Shown here piece by piece: positions 25,826 through 38,815 of a stretch of DNA of 64,000 nucleotides. A program made the translations under genes and the position numbers. The stretch is from Octopus sinensis (taxonomy: Eukaryota). The DNA is taken from the NCBI RefSeq assembly GCF_006345805.1, contig NC_042997.1, positions 123,814,001 to 123,878,000 of the forward strand, in the 5' to 3' direction. Under the pieces are notes generated by a model. That model searched no databases. It was given only the letters and a program-made list of their open reading frames with translations, and was not told where the DNA came from. Position 1 is the first letter of the stretch. The number at the start of each line of letters is the position of its first letter.

Positions 25826-28084
25826 TTCTAGATGTTTCGTTTTGGGATTTGGTTTGCAAGATTATTTATATGAGTTCGTGTATTGAAGCATATTCTGTTA
25901 TATCTTGGGTGAGTCATTTTCTTTTTGTGCCTTATAATTTAACACACTCACCGGTAAAATTTCCACTTATTTCTTATTTTTATTTTGCTTAAATTTTCGT
26001 TGCGTCTTGCAACATTTTCAATAGTCTTCACTCTAGATGTTATCATTGGTAAATAACTTTTAACCTAATTCCTTCTGAATGGGTTCATTTCCATAATGAT
26101 TTTTCCATTCGCTATTATGCTTCACATCATAAAATAAGTTCTAATCTCGATATCAAAGTCTTGAATGTCGGTACTATGTATAAACGGTAAACAAAATATG
26201 CGTGTCTACTGGGAGTCTACACAGAAACAAACACATGCATATTTACTGCAACAGCTATAAAATAATAATTCTTGTATAATTATTATTACTAATTGCTTCA
26301 CGAATAAACACATGAGTCTGAGAAATTTCTCATATTCTTCACTGCAAGTACAACTAAAATTCAATTATATTTCAAAGTGGTATTTCATTTCTATTTCGTT
26401 TTAACATTTCTTTTTCCTTTGAAAATTGAATTATCATGGGATACATCACATTAGTAAATATTGGAGATGTGATTAAAAACTGGAATCGTTTTTGGCATTT
26501 ATTCAAGTATTTTGAATCAAGAGATTACAATTTATATTGCACTGTCTGCATAAAATTATACATCAATATTCCTCAATTGTTTAATTAATTACAGTTTATG
26601 TTACTACGTTTGAAACTTTTTTCTTATTTTAATGTAATAACGAATAAGAAACATAAATATCTGAATGATTTGCTTGTCTTTTTTTCCACACAATCCTCAT
26701 TTCTAATAGCTTTATATGATGTGACATTTTCTTGTATATTTTCATATCTCTACAGATGACTTACTTCACTGTCAGAATTAAAGATTTGAAACATAAATAA
26801 CATAGCAACTGACAGTAAATACTAAACAGCTAAACAATGAGATAGAAACTCAATGTGTTTCACTTGATATGGTATTTCAGAATATTTAATCAGGCACGGA
26901 TTATTAAATTCACACATTGTTTTCTTTTGGCTGGACATATACAGAAATTAAATTATCATTTCAACCGTCACGGCGCAATGACCTTTAGAAGAAATGAGGA
27001 TATCACAAAATTGAAGGAGAACATATCTTAATTTTCATCTTTATTTGTTCTCTGAATAATATTTGTATGCTTGAAATATTTATATATTCTTTTGTTTTTT
27101 TCCCCCTCTCTTTATGTATGTATGTATGGAAGTATCTATGTATCTATGTATCTATATAACTATTATGTCTATTTGTGAGTTTTCACCCCTCTCTCTCTCT
27201 CTTTCTTTTTCTCTTTCTCTCTCGCTTTTATTATTATTATACCAGCCTACTTATTTCTAATCACTTTTGCATATTACATATTAATAGCTACATTGTTAAT
27301 TTTTAAAACATATTCGCGTTCTCGGTTAACTTATATAAATATATAACAGAAATCAGAATAAAACAATTGAGACAGCCTGCCAGGACAGAAATCCAAATAT
27401 AGGTCTTCTTAATTAGTCATGCATGACAGAAGTTATTGTCCGTGAGTTTGGCATCACGGCCAACATATGAAGCATTCGTGCACAAAATCTATGTCAGTAG
27501 TTTGTGAGTTAAATTTAACCAAAATATTTAAGCCTGATCGGCTATGCCAGAATAGGGAACGCAACAAAACTGCATAACTAGTTTTTGGGAAGGCAATATT
27601 TCAAACTGATTAAATAAGAGAAATTACGATAAGTAATTTTGTTTAAAGGTCATTACACCATGATGTTTGAGATGATAATAATTTCATTTCTCTAAGTGTT
27701 CAACCAAAAGTAAACTATCTGTGAATTTAATAACCCATGAGTGATTAAATCCGAAATGTCATAACAAATAAATTTCATTGAGTTTATATCTATCGTTGAT
27801 GAATTTCAGTATTTGCGCAAGGTTTCTATGATATTTATCTTTTAAATCTCACATTTTGACGGTGAAATTACTCAACTGTAGAGATATGAAAATAAATGAG
27901 AAAATGTCACGTTATAAAAAAGTAAATATTACAAACGAGGATGATGTGAGAAAACAGAAGGAATTCATTTGAATATTTACGCCTCTTATTTGTTGCTACA
28001 TGTTCCTGTAATATATATGTATACATACAAGCGCACGCACATATACAGACGTAAATGTTATAGATGTGTGTATATTTATATATA

Positions 28085-29070
28085 CAGAGTGCGATGGGTA
28101 AATTGTCACCATTTTATATTTTTAATTTCGCGTATGTGCATTGTCTGATTAAAATTTTGTGGATTACACAGTGTTGTAGGGTGAGGTAAGCACCGTCTGC
28201 GAGAAACAGAGCAATATGACGCAATTCACGCTGCCAGAAATTTGTAAACGACATACCGTACAGGTTGGCATTCACGCTGGAAGCTCCAATACAAACGTTT
28301 CAGAGTGTGTGCGGGTGAATCTGTGGATATGTACCGAGAGTGATAAAAATCAAACATCCAGGCGACACTAGAGTGTTTGGAGTGATCACTAGTGATGGTG
28401 ACGTTATGCATCTAATTATCTTCCCACACGATCTCAGGCTCCACTACCGAGAGGAGGAAGTGCTGCACTGGGTCTAAAGGATGGCTACTGGAAGAACCTA
28501 TGTCTGGCAACAGGACTCTGCACCACGCCACACAAGCAAGAGAACCTAGTCATGGCTATCAGACAATTTCTGTGACCACATCACCCATAACATCTGGCCA
28601 ACTAACTTCCCAGATTGCAAGGTCTTTCATTATTATATATGAGGTGCAGTTGAGCGAGAGAGCAACAAATCTACTTATAAAACCAAAGATGAACTAACTT
28701 GAAGGCAAGAATTATAGCAGCATTAAGTTTACCGTCCAGAAAAGTTGCAGGAGATTCCGAAGTAGCCGGGAGACCGTGGTTGAAGCCAAAGGCGATTTTA
28801 TTGAATAAATTTACTTATGAGCATTTCAAAATATCTTTATATAATTTTGGTAAATATTAGGTTGTCCCAAAAGTTCGTAAACACTTGCGAAAATTGAATT
28901 TTTACTCGCCAAGTACTAACAAAAACAACAAAAATTATTCCTCAAAATAAAGACATTCATGTTTACGAACTTTTGGGACAACCTTATATATCTTTTAAAA
29001 TGGAATGTGAGTGTTATTTTCATTTTTGCGTAATTTAGACGACAGTCAATTCACCACAGCTAGTATATGT
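28085..29070 (+). mobile_element. Internally deleted Tc1/mariner (DD37D/maT-type) transposon
   Basis: TA followed by CAGAGTGCGATGGGTAAATTGTCACC at the left end. ATG at 28216 (MTQFTLPE...) is joined by a deletion to KHP...VFGVITSDGDVM...YVWQQDSAPRH...WLSDNF...IWPTNFPDCKVFHY; 37 residues separate the QQD aspartate from the last triad position (now H). Stop at 28806-28808. The right end is degenerate. Confidence 0.85.
28857..28986. mobile_element. 130-bp Tc1/mariner-type MITE
   Basis: Perfect 25-bp inverted repeats AGGTTGTCCCAAAAGTTCGTAAACA (28859-28883) and 28960-28984, with TA at 28855-28856 and 28987-28988. Confidence 0.9.
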
Positions 29071-29105
29071 ATATGTATATGTATATGTATGTATATATAT
29101 ATATA

Positions 29106-29154
<49 letters not shown>

Positions 29155-29210
29155 CGGGAAGCTTTATGAAAATAGACAAAAGACGAAGGCAGGTGGAAAA
29201 CAAACAAACA

Positions 29211-29261
<51 letters not shown>

Positions 29262-29492
29262 ATATATAATATATATATACATACATACATACATACATAA
29301 TACATACATACATAATACATACATACATAATACATACATACATATATATTATATATATAAACGTATATATATATATATATATATATATATGCATGTATGT
29401 ATATGAGTGTGTGTATATATATATATATATATATAAATATTTTATAATTATAAACATAATTATAATTAGGTTTCAGCTAATTGCCTCACCAC

Positions 29493-29721
29493 ATACCAAA
29501 TTTAGAAATAGGAGTTAAAATTCCTTTTCTACTACTATATGAATTTCCATGACGGTTACGTAATTTTTTATGAAGGCAAAGAGAAAAACAATGAATCAAT
29601 GAATCCTGGTCGTGTTGATTCATTAGTTTTCTCTTTGCCTTCGTAAAAAATTATGTTACCGTCATGGAGATACTTATAGTAGTAGAAAAGTAATTTTAAC
29701 TCCTATTTATAAATTCGGTGT
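29493..29721. repeat. Long inverted repeat (about 107-bp arms, 15-nt loop)
   Basis: 29493-29599 pairs with 29615-29721, e.g. ccatgacggttacgtaattttttatgaaggcaaagagaaaa / ttttctctttgccttcgtaaaaaattatgttaccgtcatgg. Confidence 0.92.
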
Positions 29722-29860
29722 ATATGTATATACATATGCATATGTGGGCACTGGACGTCACAGAACGCAAACACCAAATAAGAAAACAACATAAAATTCG
29801 AAACACGAATACATTGAATATGAAATTTTTTGGCGAACAACGAAAGAAACAAATGGAAAA
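29721..29860 (+). repeat. Interspersed repeat of about 140 bp, inverted partner of 32184-32326
   Basis: The outer 50 bp or so (tatgtatatacatatgcatatgtgggcactggacgtcacagaacgcaaaca) is identical to the reverse complement of the partner. Confidence 0.88.
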
Positions 29861-29982
29861 GAAGACAGTCAACATATTTACAAGCACACATACATATATA
29901 CACACATACATACATACATACATACATACATACATACATACATACATACATACATACATACAAGCATATGTATATGTGTGTA

Positions 29983-30027
<45 letters not shown>

Positions 30028-30155
30028 CCCAAAAATAAGCAACAAGAATGGATGGTTATAATCACCCCACATAATTTTATGGGTAATACCATAAAAAATT
30101 CTGGTGCATCTAAATTAAGTATCATATTCATTTGAATCTAAATTGTTTTGCTGAA

Positions 30156-30194
<39 letters not shown>

Positions 30195-32183
30195 TTATAA
30201 AGGCAGCGAGAGGGAGTTAAAGCCAAATTCCAACGTGTTGAATGGCCGATGAAGAAGTATGTTTCTTCTCCCCATCTTACATTTTTTCAATATACTAAAT
30301 ACCTTGGGTTATAAATTCATGTAGGTAGATGATGGTAAATATATATTATATGAAGGTAAATATTTTATGATATTTTTTCTTAAAACATGGTATATACAAC
30401 TGAAGATCGGAAAATATGCTTCTAAATTAACTTGGATGTTTTGTTATTTCAACTTGTTACAAAATAATACAAATTATGTTCATATTTATATCACAGTATT
30501 TTTGCTGAAATTCTTTATCGGCGCGAGAAAAATTTAATAATGAAGAGGTGTCTGTATGTCATTATATATGTCTATATGTCTGTATAATTACTTTTTCATT
30601 ACACATTTAAGAAAATTTAAATATCTGCATTTGAAATTGCGGATCGATAATTGCATATACCTATATCTCTTTTAACACATTCAGGTTTTTAAATTGCGAC
30701 AACTTCATAGCAATTTAATCGCCTAAGCAAGATCACAACTGATTTTATTCTCACAATTGTTTTGGTACAGCTTGTCATCAACATTTTCTGTTTCTACAGT
30801 GTACATTCGCCAATATTTCTTTCTGATTGTATGTAACTAACTCAAATGTGAATATTTTTATAATAAATATAATATTTAACAGGAATGATGCGTGTTGAAC
30901 TTTTTGTATAAATGCGTTTAAAGAGGCACTGTATTTCTTTTCATCAAATGAAAACCTAAATATATTTCGCGTTTTGGAGGGTTATTTTATCGTAATATTG
31001 AGACATTATTTTTCAATTAGATTGCCTTCAAAGGAAAATCACTTCCATTGGCATTTCTCGGTCTTCATTAAACAATAAACGGGTTAAAGCAAGAAGGCGT
31101 ACGAAAACGTTCATACATACAAATAGAATTTCATTCAGCTTTCCTATGAAGAGGAGAGTATTCCGAAACAATGTTTCACACAATTCACTGAGGAAAAGCA
31201 AACAAGCTATGTGTGAATGGCTGCTTGGTGTGACGAAACTAATTAAATTCTATACAATGCTTTGTTTTTAATTCTTATTTTTAAATCTCTGTATGCATCT
31301 GGATAAAATTGTGTGACGATTTCTTATATGATTGTAATTCGGTATTTTAAGCTAAATGTACCAAGTTATATTTGAGTTTGACATTAAATCTCATGTAGGA
31401 ATGAGATTTATTATTTATCAGATCTATACTATAATATTCGTTCTGATATTAAAGTTTGCAAGACACTGAAAGTTAAGTGTAGATGAAATCATATAGTCTC
31501 TCTGAAGCCCCTCTGAAGATCACTGAACATACTTGGAAACTGTTTAAGATATAAACTCTCACAACCACTATTATTATTATTAATATTATTATTATTATGG
31601 TTGTTGTTGTTTTTGTTATTATTCATCTGAATACTTTGGTGCAAATAAAGACAGATAAAAACTGGGTAGATTTCTCTAAAATCTACAAGCTATTGTATTA
31701 AATAATGTGCAGTGATATGTAAAAGTAATCACGTGGGAATTTTTCTTTGCATAATTTACTGCATCTGTTAGGAGTGATAAGAAAATGTGCGGATAATAAT
31801 TTTGTGTGATAAATTAGGTAAAAGTATAATTTTCCTTCTTTTTAGTCATATAAACCCATAATGATTAAATTTCAAATATTTTATTCCGTAAACGAATCAT
31901 TATTGTGGCTTTTGAATTATGCTGTTAATTATGTACTTCGTCAGATCACATGTAATAATTTTTATATTTCAATTAACTAGTGTAAGTGTACGCCAGCAAT
32001 AAAATTAATTTGTTTGTCCTTAAATGTGTTCTGTTAGATCTATTGCTAAAATTTCCGCTCTATCATTATTTGGAAATGGTTGCTATTTGCGCGTATTAAT
32101 TGTTGATAATAGACTGCGATCGCGCTTAGTCTCTGAATCCAATAAAACAGTTTTGAACTCTTTCCCTTCTCAGATACTTTGTG

Positions 32184-32326
32184 TTTTCCATTTGTTTCTT
32201 TCATTTTTCGCAAAAAAATTTCATATTCCATGTATTTGTGTTTCGTATTTCATGTTGTTTTCGTATTTTATGCTGTTTGCGTTCTGTGACGTCCAGTGCC
32301 CACATATGCATATGTATATACATATA
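32184..32326 (-). repeat. Interspersed repeat of about 140 bp, inverted partner of 29721-29860
   Basis: Same sequence as 29721-29860 in the opposite orientation. Confidence 0.88.
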
Positions 32327-32385
32327 TATATGTATGTACATGTATGAATGTATATATGCATATATATTATTTATATCATATATAC

Positions 32386-32423
<38 letters not shown>

Positions 32424-32427
32424 TGTG

Positions 32428-32510
32428 AGCTAATTCGGCTCACGATCGTCAGCTCAGCTCGTGAGTTCAATTCCCGGCGACGCGTTGTGTGCTTCAGTAA
32501 GACACTTAAT
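32428..32510 (+). mobile_element. SINE family C, head only
   Basis: ttcggctcacgatcg...gtgagttcaattcccggcgacgcgttgtg...taagacactt. Confidence 0.7.
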
Positions 32511-32665
32511 TAAAAAAAGGAACAGCATGTTAGTGATATATGAGAATTGTGTAATATTGCAATTGCCCTTTCAAATAAATGAAAGCGATAACTTTACTTA
32601 AAACGAACGTATGAGTCATAATTTCAGTTTTGCGATATGAAGGATTATCGATTTTAGTTAATGTC

Positions 32666-32886
<221 letters not shown>

Positions 32887-33564
32887 AGCATAATGTATTA
32901 ATTCTAGTATTGTTGGTCTTTTAATATCTACTCATTTGTATCAGAATTAATAGACAGAAGTATACAACGATCATATATGTTTGTAGCTAAACCGGTACAC
33001 TCAGAGAGATAGCTGGTGAAAAGACTCAATAACATAATTCCCTTCATTCTAAAACATAATACGATGGACATACATATATAAACAGGTCTTCAAATGTTCA
33101 GAGAAACGGAGAATTGTACATCACTCTTTAACATAGCAGGTTACATCGCTTTATGGATGGATCTTTCCTCTGTCATTTCTGCTAGAAACAAATGCGATTT
33201 TATAAAAGTGTGTTGCAACTAACTCTACTTGACACAATAACATCATCCATAAAGTATCAAATGAGAAATGTCTTTTCTCTTACTGCAACATTACCATGTA
33301 ATATGCAATCTCTACTTCAAAAGCAAAGCAATCGTGCTAATTCAAAATGGAAGTAGAAATTTGCACAATACATATTGTAGGGCACAATACAGATCGCTAG
33401 CGATAGAAAACAAGTGTACTTATATAAATCAAATGTCCATATGCTACGATGTGTCCTAGTAAATATCGCAGCAGTTTGAGTTCTGGAGCCAAGATCTACA
33501 TTTTAAGTGGTCATAAATATTACCTTTGGTATTAATAGCAATAACAAATATGTATGTGTGTATA

Positions 33565-34000
33565 AGGCGGCGAGCTGGCAGAAACGTTACAACGCCGGGC
33601 GAAAAGATTAGCGGTGTTTCGTCTGCCGCTACGTTCTGAGTTCAATTTCTGCCGAGGTCGACATTGCATTCCATTCTTTCGGGGTAGATAAATTAAGTAC
33701 CAGTTACGCACTGGGGTCGATGTAATCGACTTAATCCCTTTGTTTGTCCTTGTTTGCCCCCTCTGTGTTTAGCCTCTTGTGAGCAATAAAGAAATACGAA
33801 ACGCTACAACGCCGGGCGAAAACATTGGCGGTGTTTCGTCTGTCTTTACATTCTCAGTTCAAATTCAATCGAAGTCGACTTAACCTTTCATATTTTTAGA
33901 GTCGATAAGTTAAGTACGAGTTGCGCACTATGGTCCATCTGATCGATTGGCCCCCCTCTTCAAAATGATCGGGCCGTGTACCTAGAGTAGAAAAGAATAT
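33565..34000 (+). mobile_element. Two tandem units of SINE family B
   Basis: ggcggcgagctggcagaaacgtt head; first unit with ...gtgagcaataaagaaata tail, second with ...ggccccct...cctagagtagaaaagaat tail. Confidence 0.88.
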
Positions 34001-34285
34001 ACGTATGTGTGTGTGTGTGTGTCACTAGTTTACTGATATATAAACAAGACTTTTTTAGGGTCTTCATATATTTTGAAAGATACAAGCGTGCACGCGCGCG
34101 TGTGTATCCTGGTGCGTGTTCGTGTGTTCGTGTGTCTCTCTGCATTTATGTATAAATATATGTATGCCCCTATTAGATTGCGATATTTAAATATATTACG
34201 ATTTTAATAAAATATTTCAAATGTCGATAAGATGCTAATGCATTGAAATATACACACACATATGCACACACACACACACACACAC

Positions 34286-34362
<77 letters not shown>

Positions 34363-34425
34363 CATACGCACACAAACATATACATATATATAAAAATATA
34401 TATTTAAATGTATATATATATGTAT

Positions 34426-34505
<80 letters not shown>

Positions 34506-35427
34506 GCACACACACACACACACATATATATTTCAAAGAGCATTGTTATCATTTCGGACATAATTTTATGTTCAGATTAAATTTAGTTGTATGTAGTCAC
34601 GCAATATTTGAGAAATATAACTAATAAATTATTTATATGTGGAATTATTGCGTAGGTCAACTTTTCTGAAATTATCTTTTGTTGGCGTTAAAGAAAAGAA
34701 ATGGAAGAATTATTGTCCTGGTTGTTAAATGCAAATATATATTTTTTTCTTCTCTTGCCGGATTCGCTAATAGCTATTTGAAAGTAAATTTATCGTATAA
34801 TTATGCAGAAAAATATTTGCTTCGTAATTATTTTCATAACCTCGTATGTCTTTTTTTTTGAAAAATTATTATTATCGTTGTTGTTTTTTCTCGTTTTATT
34901 GTTGTAGTAGTGGTAGCAGTAGTAGCAGTAGTAGTAGCAATATTATGATTGTTGTGATTATCTGTATTAGAATATGTTTGATTTCGTTTTATGTTAAATT
35001 CGAGTCAGTATTGTTTTCCGACTTTATAGTCATATTGAAAGAGATTTATTTCAGAAGACTTTGAATTAAAAAAAATTATAAATATATATGAAATAATAAA
35101 TACGCATACACACACAAACATACACACACACATACACACACACATATAGATATATATACACATACAGACGCGGGCACGTACAAACGCACATATATACACA
35201 AATATTTTATTAGCTGGTATTAGATGAAAAAGTGAATATTATTATATAAGTTTATTTAATAAAGATTTGGTGAGTTTAAATTAATACGACTATGATAGCT
35301 TTGACAAAGACAGTTGATGTGAAACAATACGTGCAGGTGTTCTAGGGATGACAGAATCTGAAATGAGGACGACATGATGAAGGAACTCGTTGCTAAATAT
35401 ACATGGTTTCTATTTCAATACTACACT

Positions 35428-35659
35428 TTTACTCTTTTACTCTATTACTTGTATCAGTCATTTGAGTGCGCCCATGCTGGAGCACCGCCTTTAGTCGAGC
35501 AATTCGATCCCAGGACTTATTCTTTGTAAGCCTAGTACTTATACTATCTGTTTCTTTTGCCGAACCGCTAAGTTACCGGGACGTAAAAGCACCAGCATCC
35601 GTTATCAAGCGAGGTTGGGGGACAAACACAGACACACAAACACACACACACACACACAC

Positions 35660-35713
<54 letters not shown>

Positions 35714-35800
35714 ATATATATATACGGTGGGGCTTCTTTCAGTTTCCGTCTACCAAATCCACTCAAAGCTTTGGTCGGCCCAAGGCTATAGTAGAAGACG
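35428..35800 (-). mobile_element. SINE family A lacking its tRNA head, abutting the MULE remnant
   Basis: Tail at 35428, central microsatellite, ends at ctatagtagaagacg. Confidence 0.88.
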
Positions 35801-36991
35801 CTTAGAAGATTTGATAAATTTTCTTAACTGGGCAGCAGGTGCTACCTTTAAAGTCAGTCCTTCAATATATTACCAGCTATCTTGTATCCATATTCAAGAA
35901 GGTACATTTAGTATATCCAGAGTTTTTGCCCTTTCTCTTGGTAAGACAAAGGAAACATATCTTTGTCTCTTCGCATATTTGTTGCAGCTGAAACCGCAAC
36001 TTAATCCAACATATTTATTGACAGACTTTGAAATAGGACCTCAGAAAAATTTTGTTTCCAGAAGTAACAATAAGTTCATATCTCTTTCATTTTTCTAAGT
36101 CTATTTTTAACACAATCTGTGACATGGGGTTAAGAAAACAGTATAGAGAAGATGAATTATTCAATTTGAAAATTAGATGTTTATCCACATTATTATTTCT
36201 TTCTTTAATTGACGTTGTCGACCGTTTGATTGAGTTGTCCGATGACTGTGACTTGCCTCCAGAATTTACCGCCTATTCTTTTTTTAATGACATACATTGA
36301 CCAAGCAAGAGGCCAGAGAGGGATAATGATGCAGCCATTTTTTTCCTATTGAGTTTTGGAATGATCGAAGAAGGGTTATTAATCAGTTATCTAGATCTAA
36401 TAACAGCTTAGAGGGATTGCACAATGATTTGCAATATTCTTTATCGTGTCAACACCCCTGTATTTCGAAACTGACTGAGACACTGAAAAAGGAGTACCCT
36501 ATTGCCTAAAAAAAAAGAAAAGGGGGGTTGAAAGAGGAATTCTAGTAGGCAAAAGAATAAAACTGTAACTAAGAGAATCATGGCTTTATTAGATAAATAT
36601 ACTCCTGAAAACAAGATTAATTTCTTGAAAGAAACAGCTCACACCTTTTGATTTATTTGTGAAACTACATTTTTTTTTTATATCTTGCTATATTTAATTT
36701 TGAAATATTGTTAATCGGTTTTCATTTTTTAAACAAAAATAAACTTGTAAATTTTATTTCTTTTAGTGTTTCTTTAAATATTTATTATTACCTATTCTTA
36801 TGTTATAAAATGTGTTTATTTACAATTAGCTTTGATAATCAACTGTTTCAAATAAACATAAAATACACCTAAAAAAAGATCGATAAATTTCAAAATAATA
36901 CAAGGACACAACTCTCCATGGGTGCATTTGTCTAGAGACGCACATGTCCAGGGACACAATTGTCTAGGGATGAAAATTTCCAGTATGCACC
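35801..36991 (+). mobile_element. Degenerate MULE (Mutator-like) transposase remnant with right terminus
   Basis: Across frameshifts: W..GATFKVSPSIYYQL..IH...KTKETY..LF...LNP...TDFE, FPEV...FHFSKSI...GLRKQY, FPIEFWN...RSNNSLEGLHN...HPCI.KL. Five 16-bp subterminal repeats at 36902-36981, ending AGTATGCACC. Confidence 0.85.
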
Positions 36992-37349
36992 TGCCCTAGA
37001 ACCGTATGCATGAATTTATGTATATAAATATGTATATCTATCTATCTGGCTATATATATATATATACACACACACACAAACATATATTTATATATATATA
37101 TATATATAAATATATGTTTGTGTGTGTGTGTGTGTATGTGTGTGTGTGTGTGTGGTGTGTGTTAAAGAAAGGTGCTGCATAAGGCCGGAACAATACGAGA
37201 AGGTACAAAGTAAACTTCAAAATGAAAATAAAGCATTTCAATATTTTGGGTGAAAACCCCTTCTCCAGGATATTTCTAGTTGGAAAAGGTCGTTGTTGAG
37301 ATGGGGGGGGGCAGGGGAAGAAGATGGGAAGTGATATGTGCAGACTGTT

Positions 37350-37363
37350 GTTGCTATAGCAAC
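37350..37363. promoter_or_regulatory. Perfect palindromic RFX X-box-like site GTTGCTATAGCAAC
   Basis: Matches the RFX consensus GTTGCYATRGCAAC; a G-rich tract lies about 30 bp upstream. No linked gene identified. Confidence 0.35.
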
Positions 37364-37411
37364 CAGTCTGCTTCGTGTAGTTCTATCCTATCGTTCATGG
37401 CTTGTCTCAAA

Positions 37412-37687
37412 TCTTTATATATAAAAGTGATGTTGTGTGCTGTCTGTCTCCTACGATTTAGATTCCCAACTACTCCCACATTTTGCGGTGCAGTTTAACC
37501 AAAACCGGGTATCTTATAGTCGTGATTCATATCCAGCCCTTCTGGGTATTAGTGCGCGTGTACGATGAGTCTACGATTTAAAAAAACATTTACCATCATA
37601 TTGAGATGGCTATTATTCTTTACATCTCTAAAAATGCTTATAGTTATTTCCCTTACAAACCCGAGCAACGCCGGGCGATACTGCTAG
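37412..37687 (+). mobile_element. Non-autonomous Helitron (276 bp)
   Basis: A|TCTTTATATATAAAAG at the 5' end, a 3' hairpin CCCG-agcaacgc-CGGG followed by CTAG|T. Inserted between A and T with no TSD. Confidence 0.88.
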
Positions 37688-37954
37688 TTATTTATGATTC
37701 TGTGATTGCTCGTGTGATTGGCACTTTCTTAGGTGTTTCTTTATTGAAATGTCCGTGTGCATATGCTCCTTTAATTGGGTGTGTTATTTCCTAGTGATGC
37801 TCCCTATGTAGAATGCTCCACATTTATTGCAGACCACCTCGTATACTATATATATGCCCTCGAGCATGTTTTGAGGTCGTTGATAGGGCAGTTGGTGAGT
37901 ATGCACCCACACTGCTCTCTGTGGTATTTTACCTTGACAGAATTCGTACATTAA

Positions 37955-38254
37955 GAATCAGCCCTGCCCACCTGAGCCAAAGCCACATATATACATAAGA
38001 GCGATATCACACGTATAGGAGACAGATGCAGCAAAGTAACCGACAAAACTACCAATACCTAGCGGTTCTTCGGGAAATTAAGACACAGTGGTTACTCGCC
38101 ATCTGTAGCTAATCAACTGCATCCACGAAACACGAAAATGGCTAAACAACCAGAGAAAGCCCATAACACCAAGTGCTTCCTTAAACTGCCATGCTTCGAC
38201 AATGCAACATCTGCAACTATTCAACATGTCATCCACATGGTAGGACTTAACAAC
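37955..38254 (+). mobile_element. Degenerate Penelope-like element fragment (post-RT thumb/linker)
   Basis: One frame with two stops: SALPT*AKATYIHKSDITRIGDRCSKVTDKTTNT*RFFGKLRHSGYSPSVANQL...CFLKLPCFDNATSATIQHVIHMVGL. This fits the PLE pattern R...CS...L..(N/S)GY(P/S)...LP(Y/C). Confidence 0.6.
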
Positions 38255-38502
38255 AAAAATCGATTCCAGGTGAGAATGCGATCGATAAAGCCTTTCTCGC
38301 AGTAAACAACCTTATCATTACTGGTACTTTAAACACTTTGGTTGCACATATGTGTGAATAAAATAGTTTTGGAATAGAAAAAAGTCTATCTTTATTTCTT
38401 CTTTGCTGGTGTCTCAAATGTAGGTTAAATCAGTGTTTCTCAAAGGAGAGGCCTACAGGACGGTCGGATAAGTTGTTTTGAGAAAATTTGATTTAAATGT
38501 TT
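38255..38502 (+). mobile_element. Internal fragment related to the Helitron at 22437-22885
   Basis: Three shared blocks in the same order: ttccaggtgagaatgcgatcgataaagcc; ccttatca.tactggtactttaaac; gaggccta...ttgttttgagaaaatttg.tttaaatgttt. Confidence 0.8.
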
Positions 38503-38523
38503 CATAACTCATATAAAATATAT

Positions 38524-38815
38524 GTGAAGGCGCAATGGCCCAGTAGTTAGGGCAACGGCTCGCGGTTTCGATTCCCAGACCAGGTGTTGTGTATGTTTAT
38601 TGAGCGAAAACACCTTAACGTTCCACGAGGCTTCGGCAGGGGTTGGTAGCGACCCCTGTTGTACTCTTTCGCTACAACTTTCTCTCTCTCTCTCTCTTCC
38701 TGTTTCTTGAGTAACGCTGCGATGGACTGGCGTCCCGTCCAGAACACATACGACACAGAAACCGGGAAACCGGGACCATGAGCCTGGCTAGGCTTGAAAA
38801 GGGCGACATTTATCG
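38524..38815 (+). mobile_element. tRNA-derived SINE family D
   Basis: A box tggcccagtagttaggg, B box ggtttcgattccc; the 3' part gctgcgatggactggcgtcccgtccag resembles the V-SINE/DANA-type tail (from recollection). Confidence 0.82.

Noticed and set aside
28226-28411. Minus-strand ORF ending RYVVYKF as a GIY-YIG nuclease
   Set aside because: It is the antisense of the mariner transposase, which explains the region much better.
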